From positions 4,368 to 38,620 of the forward strand of contig MHWA01000006.1 of NCBI GenBank assembly GCA_001825335.1: DNA of 34,253 bases, written 5' to 3'. Shown here one piece after another: positions 7,386 through 17,726 of this stretch. The translations under genes were made by a program, and so were the position numbers. The notes beneath the pieces are model-generated. The model saw only the letters and a list, made by a program, of their open reading frames with translations, was not told the DNA's origin and made no database searches. This DNA is from Candidatus Zambryskibacteria bacterium RIFCSPLOWO2_01_FULL_35_19. Its GTDB lineage: Bacteria > Patescibacteriota > Minisyncoccia > Phycocordibacterales > WO2-35-19. Positions within the stretch are counted from its first letter, which is position 1. Every line of letters begins with the position of its first letter.

Positions 7386-8645
7386 ATGGTAGAAAAACTA
7401 AAAAATAAAATTATCTTCCTCCTCCACTGGAGTGAGAGGTACACCAAGACCGATATGGTCTATTTATTTAAAGGTGGCTTTTGGCTTACTTTGGGACAAA
7501 TCTTTTCATCTATAGCAGCTTTTGCAGTATCAGTAGCATTTGCAAACTTTTTTCCAAAAGAAATCTTTGGAGTATATAAATATATTTTATCTATCTTTGG
7601 TATATTAGCTATTTTTAGTTTACCTGGACTATCATCAGCTCTTACAAAAGCTTTTTCTAAAGGTTTCTCTGGATCATATTTGGAAGTCTTCTATTACCGT
7701 ATTCGTTGGGCTTTATTGGGAAGTTTAGTAGCAATCATTACTTCTGGATATTACTTCTTACAAGGAAACACTGTGCTCGGTTTTTCATTCATTATAGTAG
7801 CTGCAGCTCTACCTTTTTTTGATTCTCTATCAATATATAATTCATACTTACACAGTAAAAAAAGATTTAAAGAATTTTCCTATATCAACGCAATAAATCA
7901 AATTATTCCAGCTATTGGTCTTATTATTACAATAATATTTTTCAAAAATGTTTGGTTAATATTGGGAGTATATTTTTCTTTTCATATCATCTTAAGATTT
8001 ATTTTCTTTAAAAAATTTAACAAAGAAACAACTATCAAAGAAAAAACTCCAAAAGAAGTTTTTTCTTATGGAAAACATTTAAGTCTTATGGGTGTTTTAG
8101 GTACATTATCAGCCCATATAGACAAAGTATTAGTTTTCCAACTTTTAGGAGGAACGGAGTTAGCTTTATATACTATTGCTATTGCCCCAATAGATCAAAT
8201 AAAAGGTTTTTTTAAAAATATTAGTTTTTTAGCATGGCCAAAATTTGCAGAACAATCTTTTGAAAATATCAGGGAAGTTTTGTTTGGAAAATTAAAAAAA
8301 TTTTTTGTATTTTTAACTGTAGTAATAACTATATATATTCTACTAGCACCATTTTTCTTTAATTTATTTTTTCCTACTTATACTCAATCAATAATTTACT
8401 CTCAAGTTCTTGCTATATCAGTTATATTCGCAATATTAGGAACTATACCTTACGCTTTTCTTGAATCTCATGGATCCAAAAAATCTCTTTACACATACAA
8501 CATAATTGGAAATATATTTAGTATTGCTACACTTTTAATATTAATACCTTTTTATGGCTTATGGGGAGCTATAATAGCTAGATTTACAACTAGAATTGTA
8601 AGTTATCTTCTATTAATTCTATTAATAAAAAAAGAATCTAGATAA
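7386..8645 (+). CDS. wzx: Polysaccharide flippase (Wzx/MOP family)
   Basis: 419-aa polytopic membrane protein with FG.Y, IDK.L...LG...ALY and PFYGLWGAIIA patterns; sits in a glycan locus. Confidence 0.85.
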   Translation: MVEKLKNKIIFLLHWSERYTKTDMVYLFKGGFWLTLGQIFSSIAAFAVSVAFANFFPKEIFGVYKYILSIFGILAIFSLPGLSSALTKAFSKGFSGSYLEVFYYRIRWALLGSLVAIITSGYYFLQGNTVLGFSFIIVAAALPFFDSLSIYNSYLHSKKRFKEFSYINAINQIIPAIGLIITIIFFKNVWLILGVYFSFHIILRFIFFKKFNKETTIKEKTPKEVFSYGKHLSLMGVLGTLSAHIDKVLVFQLLGGTELALYTIAIAPIDQIKGFFKNISFLAWPKFAEQSFENIREVLFGKLKKFFVFLTVVITIYILLAPFFFNLFFPTYTQSIIYSQVLAISVIFAILGTIPYAFLESHGSKKSLYTYNIIGNIFSIATLLILIPFYGLWGAIIARFTTRIVSYLLLILLIKKESR

Positions 8646-9768
8646 TCTTATTTTTAATTTCTTTAACTATATTCTGAACTCTTATTTCCCAAGAAAATTT
8701 TTGGACATATTCAAAAGCTTTTTCTATAGTTTTTAAGGAAAACTCTTTATCAGACAAAACTTTCTTTATTACTTCTACAAAAGATTCTGGATTATCAGCC
8801 TCTGCAAAAAAACAAACATCTTTATTTACAGCTTCTCTTATAGAAGGCAAATTTGATGCAACTATTGGTCTCTTTGAAGCCATATATTCAAAAAGTTTCA
8901 GAGGAGAAGTATAACTAGCTCCAATTTTTTCTTTGCCTGAATTAGGCACCACCAAAACATCCGCTGATTTAAGGTAAATTGGGACAATTTCTCTTTTTTG
9001 AAAAGGTCTTATTATTATATTTTTACTACTATATTTTTCTTTAAACTGATCAAACTCTGGTCTTACTCCACCAATAAATACAAAAGCTACTTCTGGTAAA
9101 AGTTTTGCTGCCTCTGCTAAAGTATCAGCCCCTTTCCAAGAATAGAGCTGACCACTATATAAAACTATTTCTTTCTCTAAAGGCAAACCAAGTTTTTCTC
9201 TTGCCTCATCTTTGCTTAAATCAATATCAAACTTTTTAATATCAACACCGCTAGGAGAAATAAAAATCTTTTCTGAAGAAACACCTCTATTAATCAACTC
9301 TTTCTTTAAATTGTTATTAAGAACAAAAAACAATCTTGGTTTTTTAATAACCCTTTTAAAAAGAAAGTCTGCTACTGGTATATTATGCACTTCAAAAATT
9401 ATAAAATTTTTTTTGGAGAAAAAAAGTAAAGTTAAATAATCTCTAGTATATAAAATATCATTTTTATTAATTTTTATTTTAAATTTTGATGCTACCAAAA
9501 AAGACAAAATATCTATCCAATAAAAAACTCTACCAAACTTTAATGTTTTACCTAAAAAATCAAAACTTGGTATTTTTTTAATATTAAAATTATTTTCTAT
9601 TTTATAAAAATCAAAAGGATTGTTGTCCTTTTCCATATTTTTACGATCTGGCACAAAAAGTTCTACTTTAAACCCAAGTTTAGAAAACTCGCTACACATC
9701 TTCATAATGGCATAACCCTGTGCCCTAGGGGTAGGTATACGCACATTTGTAATATATTTTATATGCAT
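8638..9768 (-). CDS. Glycosyltransferase family 4 (GT-B)
   Basis: SGVD, KGAD.L and SPLKLFEYMAS.RPIVAS motifs. Confidence 0.92.
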   Translation of the reverse strand: MHIKYITNVRIPTPRAQGYAIMKMCSEFSKLGFKVELFVPDRKNMEKDNNPFDFYKIENNFNIKKIPSFDFLGKTLKFGRVFYWIDILSFLVASKFKIKINKNDILYTRDYLTLLFFSKKNFIIFEVHNIPVADFLFKRVIKKPRLFFVLNNNLKKELINRGVSSEKIFISPSGVDIKKFDIDLSKDEAREKLGLPLEKEIVLYSGQLYSWKGADTLAEAAKLLPEVAFVFIGGVRPEFDQFKEKYSSKNIIIRPFQKREIVPIYLKSADVLVVPNSGKEKIGASYTSPLKLFEYMASKRPIVASNLPSIREAVNKDVCFFAEADNPESFVEVIKKVLSDKEFSLKTIEKAFEYVQKFSWEIRVQNIVKEIKNKII

Positions 9769-11195
9769 TATCTTTTGAATAATTTATTTTCTAGAATTTT
9801 TAATTTATTTTTGAAGTGTTCTCTATAATTTGACCATATAAAAAAAACTGATGAAAAAGCACTTATGAGCAAAAGAGGCTCTATCGGTATACGATAACGA
9901 GCATGAGCAATTGGTCCAGTAACAAGAGCAAAATACATTATAATTGCCCAAAACATTCTTATTAATCTTTTATTTTTAGAAAACCACATACCCAAAAAAG
10001 CAAAGACAGTTATAATTAACCAAAAGAAATTTTCAACTAAAGTCCAGCCGTGATTTTTAATAACTGTAATCAAAACAGGTAATGAAAATGGGTGCAATGC
10101 TTGGATAAGTGAAGGTTCCGGTTCTGGATTAAAATCTGGTTGCAAATCATTAATCAGTCTATCGTATTCATTAATTCCACTTGATGTAAAAAATGGGATA
10201 AAGGAAGTTGCGTGAAAAATAGCGTATCTAAATGGATGAGAAGTTATTACTTCAATAGCAGTCTCTTGCATTGCTTTTGAATATTTAAGATCTTGAGGTA
10301 TTGGGTATTCAGGAATACCAGCTTTTTCCAACATATCCCTTCTAGCTTGAAAAATATCTATGTTGTTTAAAGCGGCATAAAATTGAGTGGCATTTTGACG
10401 AAATAAAACATAAGGACCAGTAGAAGCAAAAGCCCAAACGTCCATCTTTATTTTATTTCTTATATACCAAGGACTTAAAGTTGCGAAAAAAACTATTATC
10501 AAAAAAATAGTAGCAAAGATATGTTGACGAGTTGTCTCCTCCTTTTTTAAATAAAAAATAAAATAAGCTGGTATAAAAAATAAAAGTATATATTGAGAAG
10601 CTGGCCTTATGTAAATAGTCAAAGCAAGGAGTAACCCCGTGAGAGCCCATTTTAAATACATATTTTTAACTTCTGAAAATAAAAATAGATACAAAGCAGA
10701 CATAGAAATAAAAACAAATAGAGTTTCATTAAAAAGAGCAGAAGCTGCAAGGAGAGTGCCTGGTAAAATGATATATAAGATAGAAGCAATCAGCGCTAAT
10801 TTATGATTTGTTAATTTATCTACTATTTTAAATATAAATAAAGAAGTTAAGAAAACTAAAAAAATATGGGCTATTAATACTGGATAAAGACTCCCAAACA
10901 AATAGTAAAAAATAGCTACGAAAAATGGATACCCGGGTGTACGCCAAGTATCAGGTTCAAATGGTGCATTTTCACTTCTTGAAAATACTTTGTTTTCAAC
11001 TAGGTTCTTAGCTAAAAATCCATTATCATAAGTAACGCCAGCAACTCCAATATTTAAAGCTGGGTATTCTTTAGCTTCTTTGGCTTCAGAATTTTTAGCA
11101 GTTAAAGATATAAAAAGGATGCTACTTCCTATCACAACAACCGATACAATAAAAATCAATATGTAAGTCCGATATTTATTACTTATATTTAGCAT
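9768..11195 (-). CDS. GT-C fold membrane glycosyltransferase (ArnT/PMT-like)
   Basis: RTPGYPFF, NETLF, IRP, PWYIRN and RYRIP motifs with multiple TM helices. Confidence 0.8.
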   Translation of the reverse strand: MLNISNKYRTYILIFIVSVVVIGSSILFISLTAKNSEAKEAKEYPALNIGVAGVTYDNGFLAKNLVENKVFSRSENAPFEPDTWRTPGYPFFVAIFYYLFGSLYPVLIAHIFLVFLTSLFIFKIVDKLTNHKLALIASILYIILPGTLLAASALFNETLFVFISMSALYLFLFSEVKNMYLKWALTGLLLALTIYIRPASQYILLFFIPAYFIFYLKKEETTRQHIFATIFLIIVFFATLSPWYIRNKIKMDVWAFASTGPYVLFRQNATQFYAALNNIDIFQARRDMLEKAGIPEYPIPQDLKYSKAMQETAIEVITSHPFRYAIFHATSFIPFFTSSGINEYDRLINDLQPDFNPEPEPSLIQALHPFSLPVLITVIKNHGWTLVENFFWLIITVFAFLGMWFSKNKRLIRMFWAIIMYFALVTGPIAHARYRIPIEPLLLISAFSSVFFIWSNYREHFKNKLKILENKLFKR

Positions 11196-11258
11196 ACACT
11201 TTTATTTATAATTCAGTTTGACGTAGTGATTATAATTCTCTAGAATAACTATCACAGT

Positions 11259-11969
11259 ATGACCAATTTTACTTATGAAATCAAGGATTTAGAAGCTATG
11301 TCAAAAGCTAATAATTACCACAACTGGGTCTTTGACGAGCTCAAGAATTTTTTGGGTGAAAAGGTAGCTGAAATAGGAGCTGGTAATGGTAATTTTTCAG
11401 CATTTCTTCTACAAAGTCCCAATATTAAAAAGCTTATTTCTGTTGAACCTGACAAAGATATCTGCATTCTCTACCAACAAAACATTTCTGACTCTAGAGC
11501 CGAAATAGTAAACGGCTTTCTAGGTGATATAAAAGATAATTATTCAAATAGTTTTAATTCCATCACTTACGTAAACGTCTTAGAACACGTAGCAGATGAT
11601 AAAAAAGAGCTTTCATATGTTTATGATTGCCTCAAAGATGAGGGGCGAATTTGTATTTTTGTACCAGCTCTACCTTTCCTTTATAGTGAACATGATAAAT
11701 CAATTGGTCATTTTAGACGCTATACCAAAAAACGACTTAGAAAACTATTGGAAGAAAGTGGTTTTGTGGTAGAAAAAATAAAATATTTTGATATTGTCGG
11801 TATTTTCACTTGGTTTATGGTATACAAAATTTTGAAAATGAAACCCAAGCCCGGAAATGTCTCTTTTTACGACAAATTAATCATCCCTATTCTTCGCACT
11901 ATAGAACAATTTATACCTCTTCCTGTAGGCAAAAGTCTTATCGCTATAGGCAAAAAGTTCAATAAATAA
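11259..11969 (+). CDS. Class I SAM-dependent methyltransferase
   Basis: EIGAGNG, NVLEHV.DD and VPA...LYS.HD...GHFRRY motifs. Confidence 0.9.
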   Translation: MTNFTYEIKDLEAMSKANNYHNWVFDELKNFLGEKVAEIGAGNGNFSAFLLQSPNIKKLISVEPDKDICILYQQNISDSRAEIVNGFLGDIKDNYSNSFNSITYVNVLEHVADDKKELSYVYDCLKDEGRICIFVPALPFLYSEHDKSIGHFRRYTKKRLRKLLEESGFVVEKIKYFDIVGIFTWFMVYKILKMKPKPGNVSFYDKLIIPILRTIEQFIPLPVGKSLIAIGKKFNK

Positions 11970-12013
11970 CCATATATTGTTTTTTTGTCAAAATACTTTA
12001 TACTACTAAAACA

Positions 12014-12511
12014 ATGATCCACAAAAAAATAAAATCCCTAGATGAACTTGCTCATATATGCGAAAAGTTACGGGCAAAAAATAAAATTATAATCCATTGT
12101 CACGGGACATTTGACCTACTTCACCCAGGACATATAAATTTATTCGAGCAAGCTCGTTCTTTGGGAGACATTGTTATTGTAACCGTCACTCCCGATATAC
12201 ATGTCCGTAAAGGACCTGGTCGTCCAGTTTACAAGGAGGAAATCAGGGTAAAATCGATTGCAGCACTTATCTATGTTGATTTTGTATCTCTTGATCGCAA
12301 CCCAGAAGCACACGAGATAATACGATTATTAAAACCTCATATATATGTAAAAAGTGAGGAATTTGCTGGTAAAGAAAAAGATCCGTCTCTTCCAATGGGA
12401 CGCGAAAAAAAGACCTTAGACGAAGTAGGAGCACGTCTTCATTTTGCAAAAGAAATACTACCTTTTCATTCTAGTCACATTATTAAAAATTATTTTACTA
12501 ATAATAATTAG
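12014..12511 (+). CDS. Nucleotidyltransferase, RfaE domain II / cytidylyltransferase family
   Basis: HGTFDLLHPGH (HxGH) and KGPGRP motifs; C-terminal HSS.II. Confidence 0.9.
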   Translation: MIHKKIKSLDELAHICEKLRAKNKIIIHCHGTFDLLHPGHINLFEQARSLGDIVIVTVTPDIHVRKGPGRPVYKEEIRVKSIAALIYVDFVSLDRNPEAHEIIRLLKPHIYVKSEEFAGKEKDPSLPMGREKKTLDEVGARLHFAKEILPFHSSHIIKNYFTNNN

Positions 12512-12523
12512 AGGGCATATTTT

Positions 12524-13258
12524 ATGAAGCCATCACTTTCGGTAGTCATACCAGTATTAAATGAAGCGGAAAATATAGGGAAAGCAGTAGAAGCTGTTTT
12601 ACGTGCTATTAATGATAGCAACATAAATCAATACGAAATTATTATTTCAGATAATGGTTCTACCGATGGAACGCGCGATGTTATTGAAGAGATGGAGAGT
12701 CATAATCCACACATAAAGCATGTTTATCCCACAGAAAACTTGGGTAGCGGTCAAGCGGTACGTGATGGTCTAAAAGTTGCCACCAGTGAATATTCTGCTT
12801 ATGTAGTCGGTGATAACGAAATGACCGAAGAAGCTCTTCACAACCTTTTTGGAGCACTTGGTAAAGCAGACATAATAAATACCTATATATCAAACCCAGA
12901 AGTACGTGCCCTCCCTCGACAAATACTTTCAGCTAACTTCGGCCGACTAATGCGATTGTTTTTTGGCGTCAAACTAAAATATTTTACTGGACCTGCCATC
13001 ATACGCACAGATTTATTCCGTGCCGCTCGTCGAAGCACTTATGGATTTGCCTTCATGGCAGAGATTCTTGTTCAAATAATAAAAGCAGGTTATTCATACT
13101 ATCAAGTACCAATGCCTCTTCAACCACGAACTTATGGCGAACCAGGAGTATATAGATTAAAAGATATGTGGCGCGTATTTAAAGCAGTCTTTTCTATGTT
13201 CTTTAACGTCCACTTTTCCGGTGCAGTTTCTAATCTACGGAATCTAAAGAAAAAATAA
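12524..13258 (+). CDS. Glycosyltransferase family 2 (polyprenol-P sugar synthase-like)
   Basis: SVVIPVLNE and DNGSTDGT motifs; the DxD position reads VGD. Confidence 0.88.
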   Translation: MKPSLSVVIPVLNEAENIGKAVEAVLRAINDSNINQYEIIISDNGSTDGTRDVIEEMESHNPHIKHVYPTENLGSGQAVRDGLKVATSEYSAYVVGDNEMTEEALHNLFGALGKADIINTYISNPEVRALPRQILSANFGRLMRLFFGVKLKYFTGPAIIRTDLFRAARRSTYGFAFMAEILVQIIKAGYSYYQVPMPLQPRTYGEPGVYRLKDMWRVFKAVFSMFFNVHFSGAVSNLRNLKKK

Positions 13259-13266
13259 GTTACAAT

Positions 13267-15081
13267 TTACTTATCACAATATTTTTGCATTACTTTGTAA
13301 TTTGATATCAAAGCAAAAGCAAATCTGGGGTATTTTTTTAATATAATTGAGGCATTACTCTTTTTTATAACATTATCTAATCCAGCGTCTACTATACCTA
13401 ACTCTTCTTTTTTTTCATTATGAAAATTTATTGCTTCAATTAAATCACTCAAAACCACACCACTAAATTTATTTATATTGATACCAAAACCAGTTTTACC
13501 TCTGTAAATTAATTCTTTGGGCAAATACCTTTCCATCGCTTTCTTCATTATTTTTTTATTAGTAAAATCTTTTGATAGTCTCAATTTTGGATGAATTTTA
13601 GATAAACTTTTAAACAACTGATTATCGAGGAAAGGTACTCTACTTTCTATACCATAAGCCATTGAAGACATATCACCTTTATACATCAAGCTAAAGGGTA
13701 AATACATAAACAAGTCAAAAAACAAATTCGGTTGGATTGTCTTTTTATAAGGATGATTATTATAAAATGTTTTCAAAAAATCTAGAGTCTCTTTTTGTTT
13801 TATCCCAATATCTATTTGCCTCGAACTATACAAATACAAACTCCCCAAACTTTCAAAAGAAGAGGTTATCTTTCTTAATCTTCCAACTATTGGAGCTAAA
13901 ACTGATAATGATATTTTAGAGAGCCATGATAAATCTGGGAAAAAAATTTTGAAATGCATCTCTTTTAAATTAGCAAATTCTTTATGTCTCAAATACCCGC
14001 CAAAAAGTTCATCGCCCCCTTCTCCGGATAAAACAACTTTCATCTTATTTTTTATAACAGCATAAACTAAAGAAGTCGGGATAAAAGAAACGTCTGAAGT
14101 CGGCTGGTCTATAATATCCCAAACTTTTTTATATTGATTTTCAAACTCTTCTTTTTTTATAACTACCCTCTCAAAAGGTAATTCCAAATGTTTTGCTACT
14201 TTTTCAGCATAATCATTGTCTAAACTTCCTTCTATAGAAACATTAAAACAAGTTGGGTTTTTACCTATTTTCTTAGAGACAGCAGCGATAAAAGAAGAGT
14301 CGTTACCACCCGAAAGAAGCACTCCAACAGGTACATCTGAAACAAAGTGTTTTTGTATTGCTTCTTCCATTCCTTTTTGTATCAATTCAATAGTTTTATT
14401 TTCGTCTTCTATAATATTTTCTTCTTTTGGTAAATCTACAAATTTTTGAGTAAATGAGTTTTTAGTAATATCAAAAGTAATCACCTCTCCTGGCAAAACT
14501 TTTTTTATCTCTTTAAAAGAAGTCAACTCTGCTGGGAAATATCCTAAATTATAAAAAAGAAAATAGTTTGAAGTGTTGGGAGAAAGTTTTGGCAAATAAG
14601 GTACCATCGCCTTTATTTCCGAAGAAAAGACTATTTTATCCCCTACTTTTGAATAAAAAAGAGGTTTTATACCAAATTTATCCCTGGAAAGAGTCAATAT
14701 TTTTTTGTCTGCATTATATATTGCTAAAGCCCACATACCTCTAAGTTTTGAAAAAAATAAATCCTCATACTTTTCAAAACCTTTAAGTATTACTTCTGTA
14801 TCACTTTCGCTATTAAAACTTATACCTTCTGATTCTAAATCTTTTTTTAATTCTTTATAATTATAAATCTCACCATTAAAGGTAATACTCAAATTTTTAG
14901 TATCATTAAACATAGGCTGATGTCCACCACTTGAGAGGTCAATTATAGAAAGTCTAGTCTGACAAAGCAATATTTCATTATTTTTCCACTCTCCTTTATC
15001 ATCTGGACCACGATGTAAAAGCCCAGCAAAAGCTTCTTTTGAATTCACATTTTTTATTGTTGTCCCAAATATCCCACACAT
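13267..15081 (-). CDS. asnB: Asparagine synthase (glutamine-hydrolysing) family amidotransferase, probably glycan amidation
   Basis: N-terminal MCGI, HRGPD, RLSIIDL, FNGEIYN, LSGG.DSS, SGEGGDELFGGY and E.RVPFLD motifs. Confidence 0.95.
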   Translation of the reverse strand: MCGIFGTTIKNVNSKEAFAGLLHRGPDDKGEWKNNEILLCQTRLSIIDLSSGGHQPMFNDTKNLSITFNGEIYNYKELKKDLESEGISFNSESDTEVILKGFEKYEDLFFSKLRGMWALAIYNADKKILTLSRDKFGIKPLFYSKVGDKIVFSSEIKAMVPYLPKLSPNTSNYFLFYNLGYFPAELTSFKEIKKVLPGEVITFDITKNSFTQKFVDLPKEENIIEDENKTIELIQKGMEEAIQKHFVSDVPVGVLLSGGNDSSFIAAVSKKIGKNPTCFNVSIEGSLDNDYAEKVAKHLELPFERVVIKKEEFENQYKKVWDIIDQPTSDVSFIPTSLVYAVIKNKMKVVLSGEGGDELFGGYLRHKEFANLKEMHFKIFFPDLSWLSKISLSVLAPIVGRLRKITSSFESLGSLYLYSSRQIDIGIKQKETLDFLKTFYNNHPYKKTIQPNLFFDLFMYLPFSLMYKGDMSSMAYGIESRVPFLDNQLFKSLSKIHPKLRLSKDFTNKKIMKKAMERYLPKELIYRGKTGFGININKFSGVVLSDLIEAINFHNEKKEELGIVDAGLDNVIKKSNASIILKKYPRFAFALISNYKVMQKYCDK

Positions 15082-15082
15082 T

Positions 15083-15904
15083 TTATTTTTTTTGACCGAT
15101 AAAAAGAAGGTAGGGGCTAGTGTTGTTATTTTTCATCATATTATCTCTAAATACTAATCTCAACACAAAATCAAAAGGCCTCTGGATTAAAAGTAACAAT
15201 CGATACAAATAATATTTCCATTTTTTGTTTGTGTTAAAAAGTCCGAAACTAAAAACTCCTACATAATCACCATACAACTTCTCTACTTTATTCTCAGAAA
15301 ATAGATCAATAAATTTTTCTTTGTTCATTATAGAAGTATTGTGAAGCAAAAAAGAATCTATGTTTAATATTTTAGACAAAGTTTTGTTTATACCCGAAAG
15401 ATTTGGAATAGATATAATTATATATCCCCCACTTTTTATTAAGTTCAAATGGTTATTAACAACATCTTTAACATTATCAAAATGCTCAATGAATCCTCTA
15501 GAAAAGACAATATCATATTTTTCTTTATTATTTGCCTGAAATTCATTATCAAAAAAATCAGCTTTTATTATATTTTCAGGATTTAATTTTTCTTTTAAGA
15601 AATTTTTTCTAGTAGTTTCAACTCCTTTTTCTGAATATTCCACCCCATAAGACTCAAACCCAAATTGTCTATTAAAATTGATCAAATATTTACCAGGAGC
15701 ACAACCAATTTCAATTATTTTTAAATTACTATTTTCAGGTAAATACTTAGGTAGTAGTACTTCCCACATCAAAAAATTACTATAATCTCTGGTATGTTTC
15801 TTAAGCCAATTTCTAAAAGACAAAAAATAGGAGTGTTTTTTATTGCGATTTCCCATATCTTTATAAATAGAATCCCAGTATTCTTTTTTAGCTAATTTTT
15901 TCAT
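15083..15904 (-). CDS. Class I SAM-dependent methyltransferase
   Basis: EIGCAPG and YDIVFS.GFIEHF motifs. Confidence 0.88.
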   Translation of the reverse strand: MKKLAKKEYWDSIYKDMGNRNKKHSYFLSFRNWLKKHTRDYSNFLMWEVLLPKYLPENSNLKIIEIGCAPGKYLINFNRQFGFESYGVEYSEKGVETTRKNFLKEKLNPENIIKADFFDNEFQANNKEKYDIVFSRGFIEHFDNVKDVVNNHLNLIKSGGYIIISIPNLSGINKTLSKILNIDSFLLHNTSIMNKEKFIDLFSENKVEKLYGDYVGVFSFGLFNTNKKWKYYLYRLLLLIQRPFDFVLRLVFRDNMMKNNNTSPYLLFIGQKK

Positions 15905-16989
15905 CCTAATATTGATTGTAATTTTTCTATATGTTTTTTATTAGAAAACATATTTTGAGCTCTTTTCCTCGCATTTTGACCAAAAATAGTAAATTTATTC
16001 TTATTTTCTAACATATATACAATAGCGTCTGCCAATTTATCACTACTACCTATAGAAACTAGTTTACCAGATAAACCATCTCCTATTATACTCTTAGCCC
16101 CACTAACTTTAGTAGAAACACAGGCAAGTCCATGAGCCATAGCTTCAAGTAACACATTGGGACAACCTTCCCAAAGAGAACTCAAGACAAAAAGATCTGA
16201 ATCAATATAATATTTAGACAATTCTTCAGAAGAAACAGGCTCTATAATAGAGACTTTATCTACTAAATTTAACTCAGAGATCTTTTGGATAATATTTTCT
16301 TTCTCTACTCCACTACCTACAATAGTAGCTTTAAAAGAGTTTGGATATTTTTTATTCACCATAAATAAGGCTTCTACTAAAAGCTTATGGCCTTTTTGAG
16401 GAGTTAAGCTACCCACACTTAATATTTTTATAGGTATTTCTATATTTCCAGCATATATTTTATGAACTTCTGGAACATTTACTCCATTTACCAAAACTTC
16501 TATTTTCTTTTTATAAAAAGGTTGATATTTGTATAGTGATTCTTTCACCTCTTCTGAAACACAAACAATTTTTTCTACAAAAATATTTAAAACAATATCC
16601 AAAAATTTAAACTTTAAGGGTTTTTGATTTGCTACATTTGCTTCTCTTATAAAAACCTTTATTTTAAAATTAAAAATTTTTAAAAACCTAGAGAAAATAT
16701 TTGCCTCATTTAAAGTTGAATAAACAACATAAATATTTTTATTTTTTATAAAATTAGACAATCTCTTTAAAGCCCCAAAGTCATAAATTTTATTTGCTCT
16801 ACAAAAAAATATATTTTCCTTTTTTATTTTCAAATTAGAAATTAGTTTTTGGTCTTTATCTTCTCCAAACAATATAGCAAAAAAAACTTCATTTCCTTTT
16901 TCCATTAAGATATTTGCATCTTTTATAAAAACCTTTTCTGCTCCACCTATTCCAAGGTCATTTATCAAAAATAATATTTTTTTATTCAT
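15901..16989 (-). CDS. Glycosyltransferase family 4
   Basis: GGAE, NGV, QKG and EGCPNVLLEAMA (EX7E) motifs. Confidence 0.93.
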   Translation of the reverse strand: MNKKILFLINDLGIGGAEKVFIKDANILMEKGNEVFFAILFGEDKDQKLISNLKIKKENIFFCRANKIYDFGALKRLSNFIKNKNIYVVYSTLNEANIFSRFLKIFNFKIKVFIREANVANQKPLKFKFLDIVLNIFVEKIVCVSEEVKESLYKYQPFYKKKIEVLVNGVNVPEVHKIYAGNIEIPIKILSVGSLTPQKGHKLLVEALFMVNKKYPNSFKATIVGSGVEKENIIQKISELNLVDKVSIIEPVSSEELSKYYIDSDLFVLSSLWEGCPNVLLEAMAHGLACVSTKVSGAKSIIGDGLSGKLVSIGSSDKLADAIVYMLENKNKFTIFGQNARKRAQNMFSNKKHIEKLQSILG

Positions 16990-17045
16990 AGTATATGGGA
17001 ATATAGAGGAATATTTTCCATTTTATGATACTATACCATAATATT

Positions 17046-17726
17046 ATGGAAAAATTATCAATAATAATACCAGCTTATAATGAAGAAAAAACTCTAGCTG
17101 AAATAGTAAAAAAAGTTAAAGAGGTAGATTTATCACCATTAAAGAAAGAGATCATTATTGTTGATAATAATTCTACAGATAATACTCTAAAAATCGCCAA
17201 ATCTATACCGGAAGTAAGGGTTTTTGTTGAAAAAGAAAAAGGCAAAGGAGCAGCAGTTAAAAGGGGCCTTAACGTAGCCACTGGAGATTTTATGTTAATT
17301 CAAGATGCTGATTTAGAATACAATCCCAGAGACATTCCAAAATTATTAAAAAAAGTCACTTCAGAAAAGACAGCAGTCTATGGATCACGCAATCTAGGGC
17401 CGGAAAGAAAAGGAGGTTTACTAGCAAGACTAGGAGTATGGTTTTTAACTAAAGAATTTAATTTATTATTTAATACAGATATTACGGACTTGTGGACATG
17501 TTATAAACTATTTCCTAAAGAAGCCATTATCCATTTTCCAAATGGTGGTTTTGAATCAGAAATATCCTTTTCATCTTTACTTATAAAAAACGGTTTTGAT
17601 ATATCCGAAGTACCAATTTCTTACAACAGTCCTCGCACAAAAAAAGAAGGTAAAAAAATAAGATACCGCCATGGTATTCAAAGTATTTTTCTATTACTTA
17701 AAGAGAAATTTAAAAAGGTAAATTGA
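17046..17726 (+). CDS. Glycosyltransferase family 2 (DPM-synthase-like)
   Basis: SIIIPAYNEE, DNNSTD, GKGAA and IQDADLEY motifs; start moved to ATG 17046. Confidence 0.92.
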   Translation: MEKLSIIIPAYNEEKTLAEIVKKVKEVDLSPLKKEIIIVDNNSTDNTLKIAKSIPEVRVFVEKEKGKGAAVKRGLNVATGDFMLIQDADLEYNPRDIPKLLKKVTSEKTAVYGSRNLGPERKGGLLARLGVWFLTKEFNLLFNTDITDLWTCYKLFPKEAIIHFPNGGFESEISFSSLLIKNGFDISEVPISYNSPRTKKEGKKIRYRHGIQSIFLLLKEKFKKVN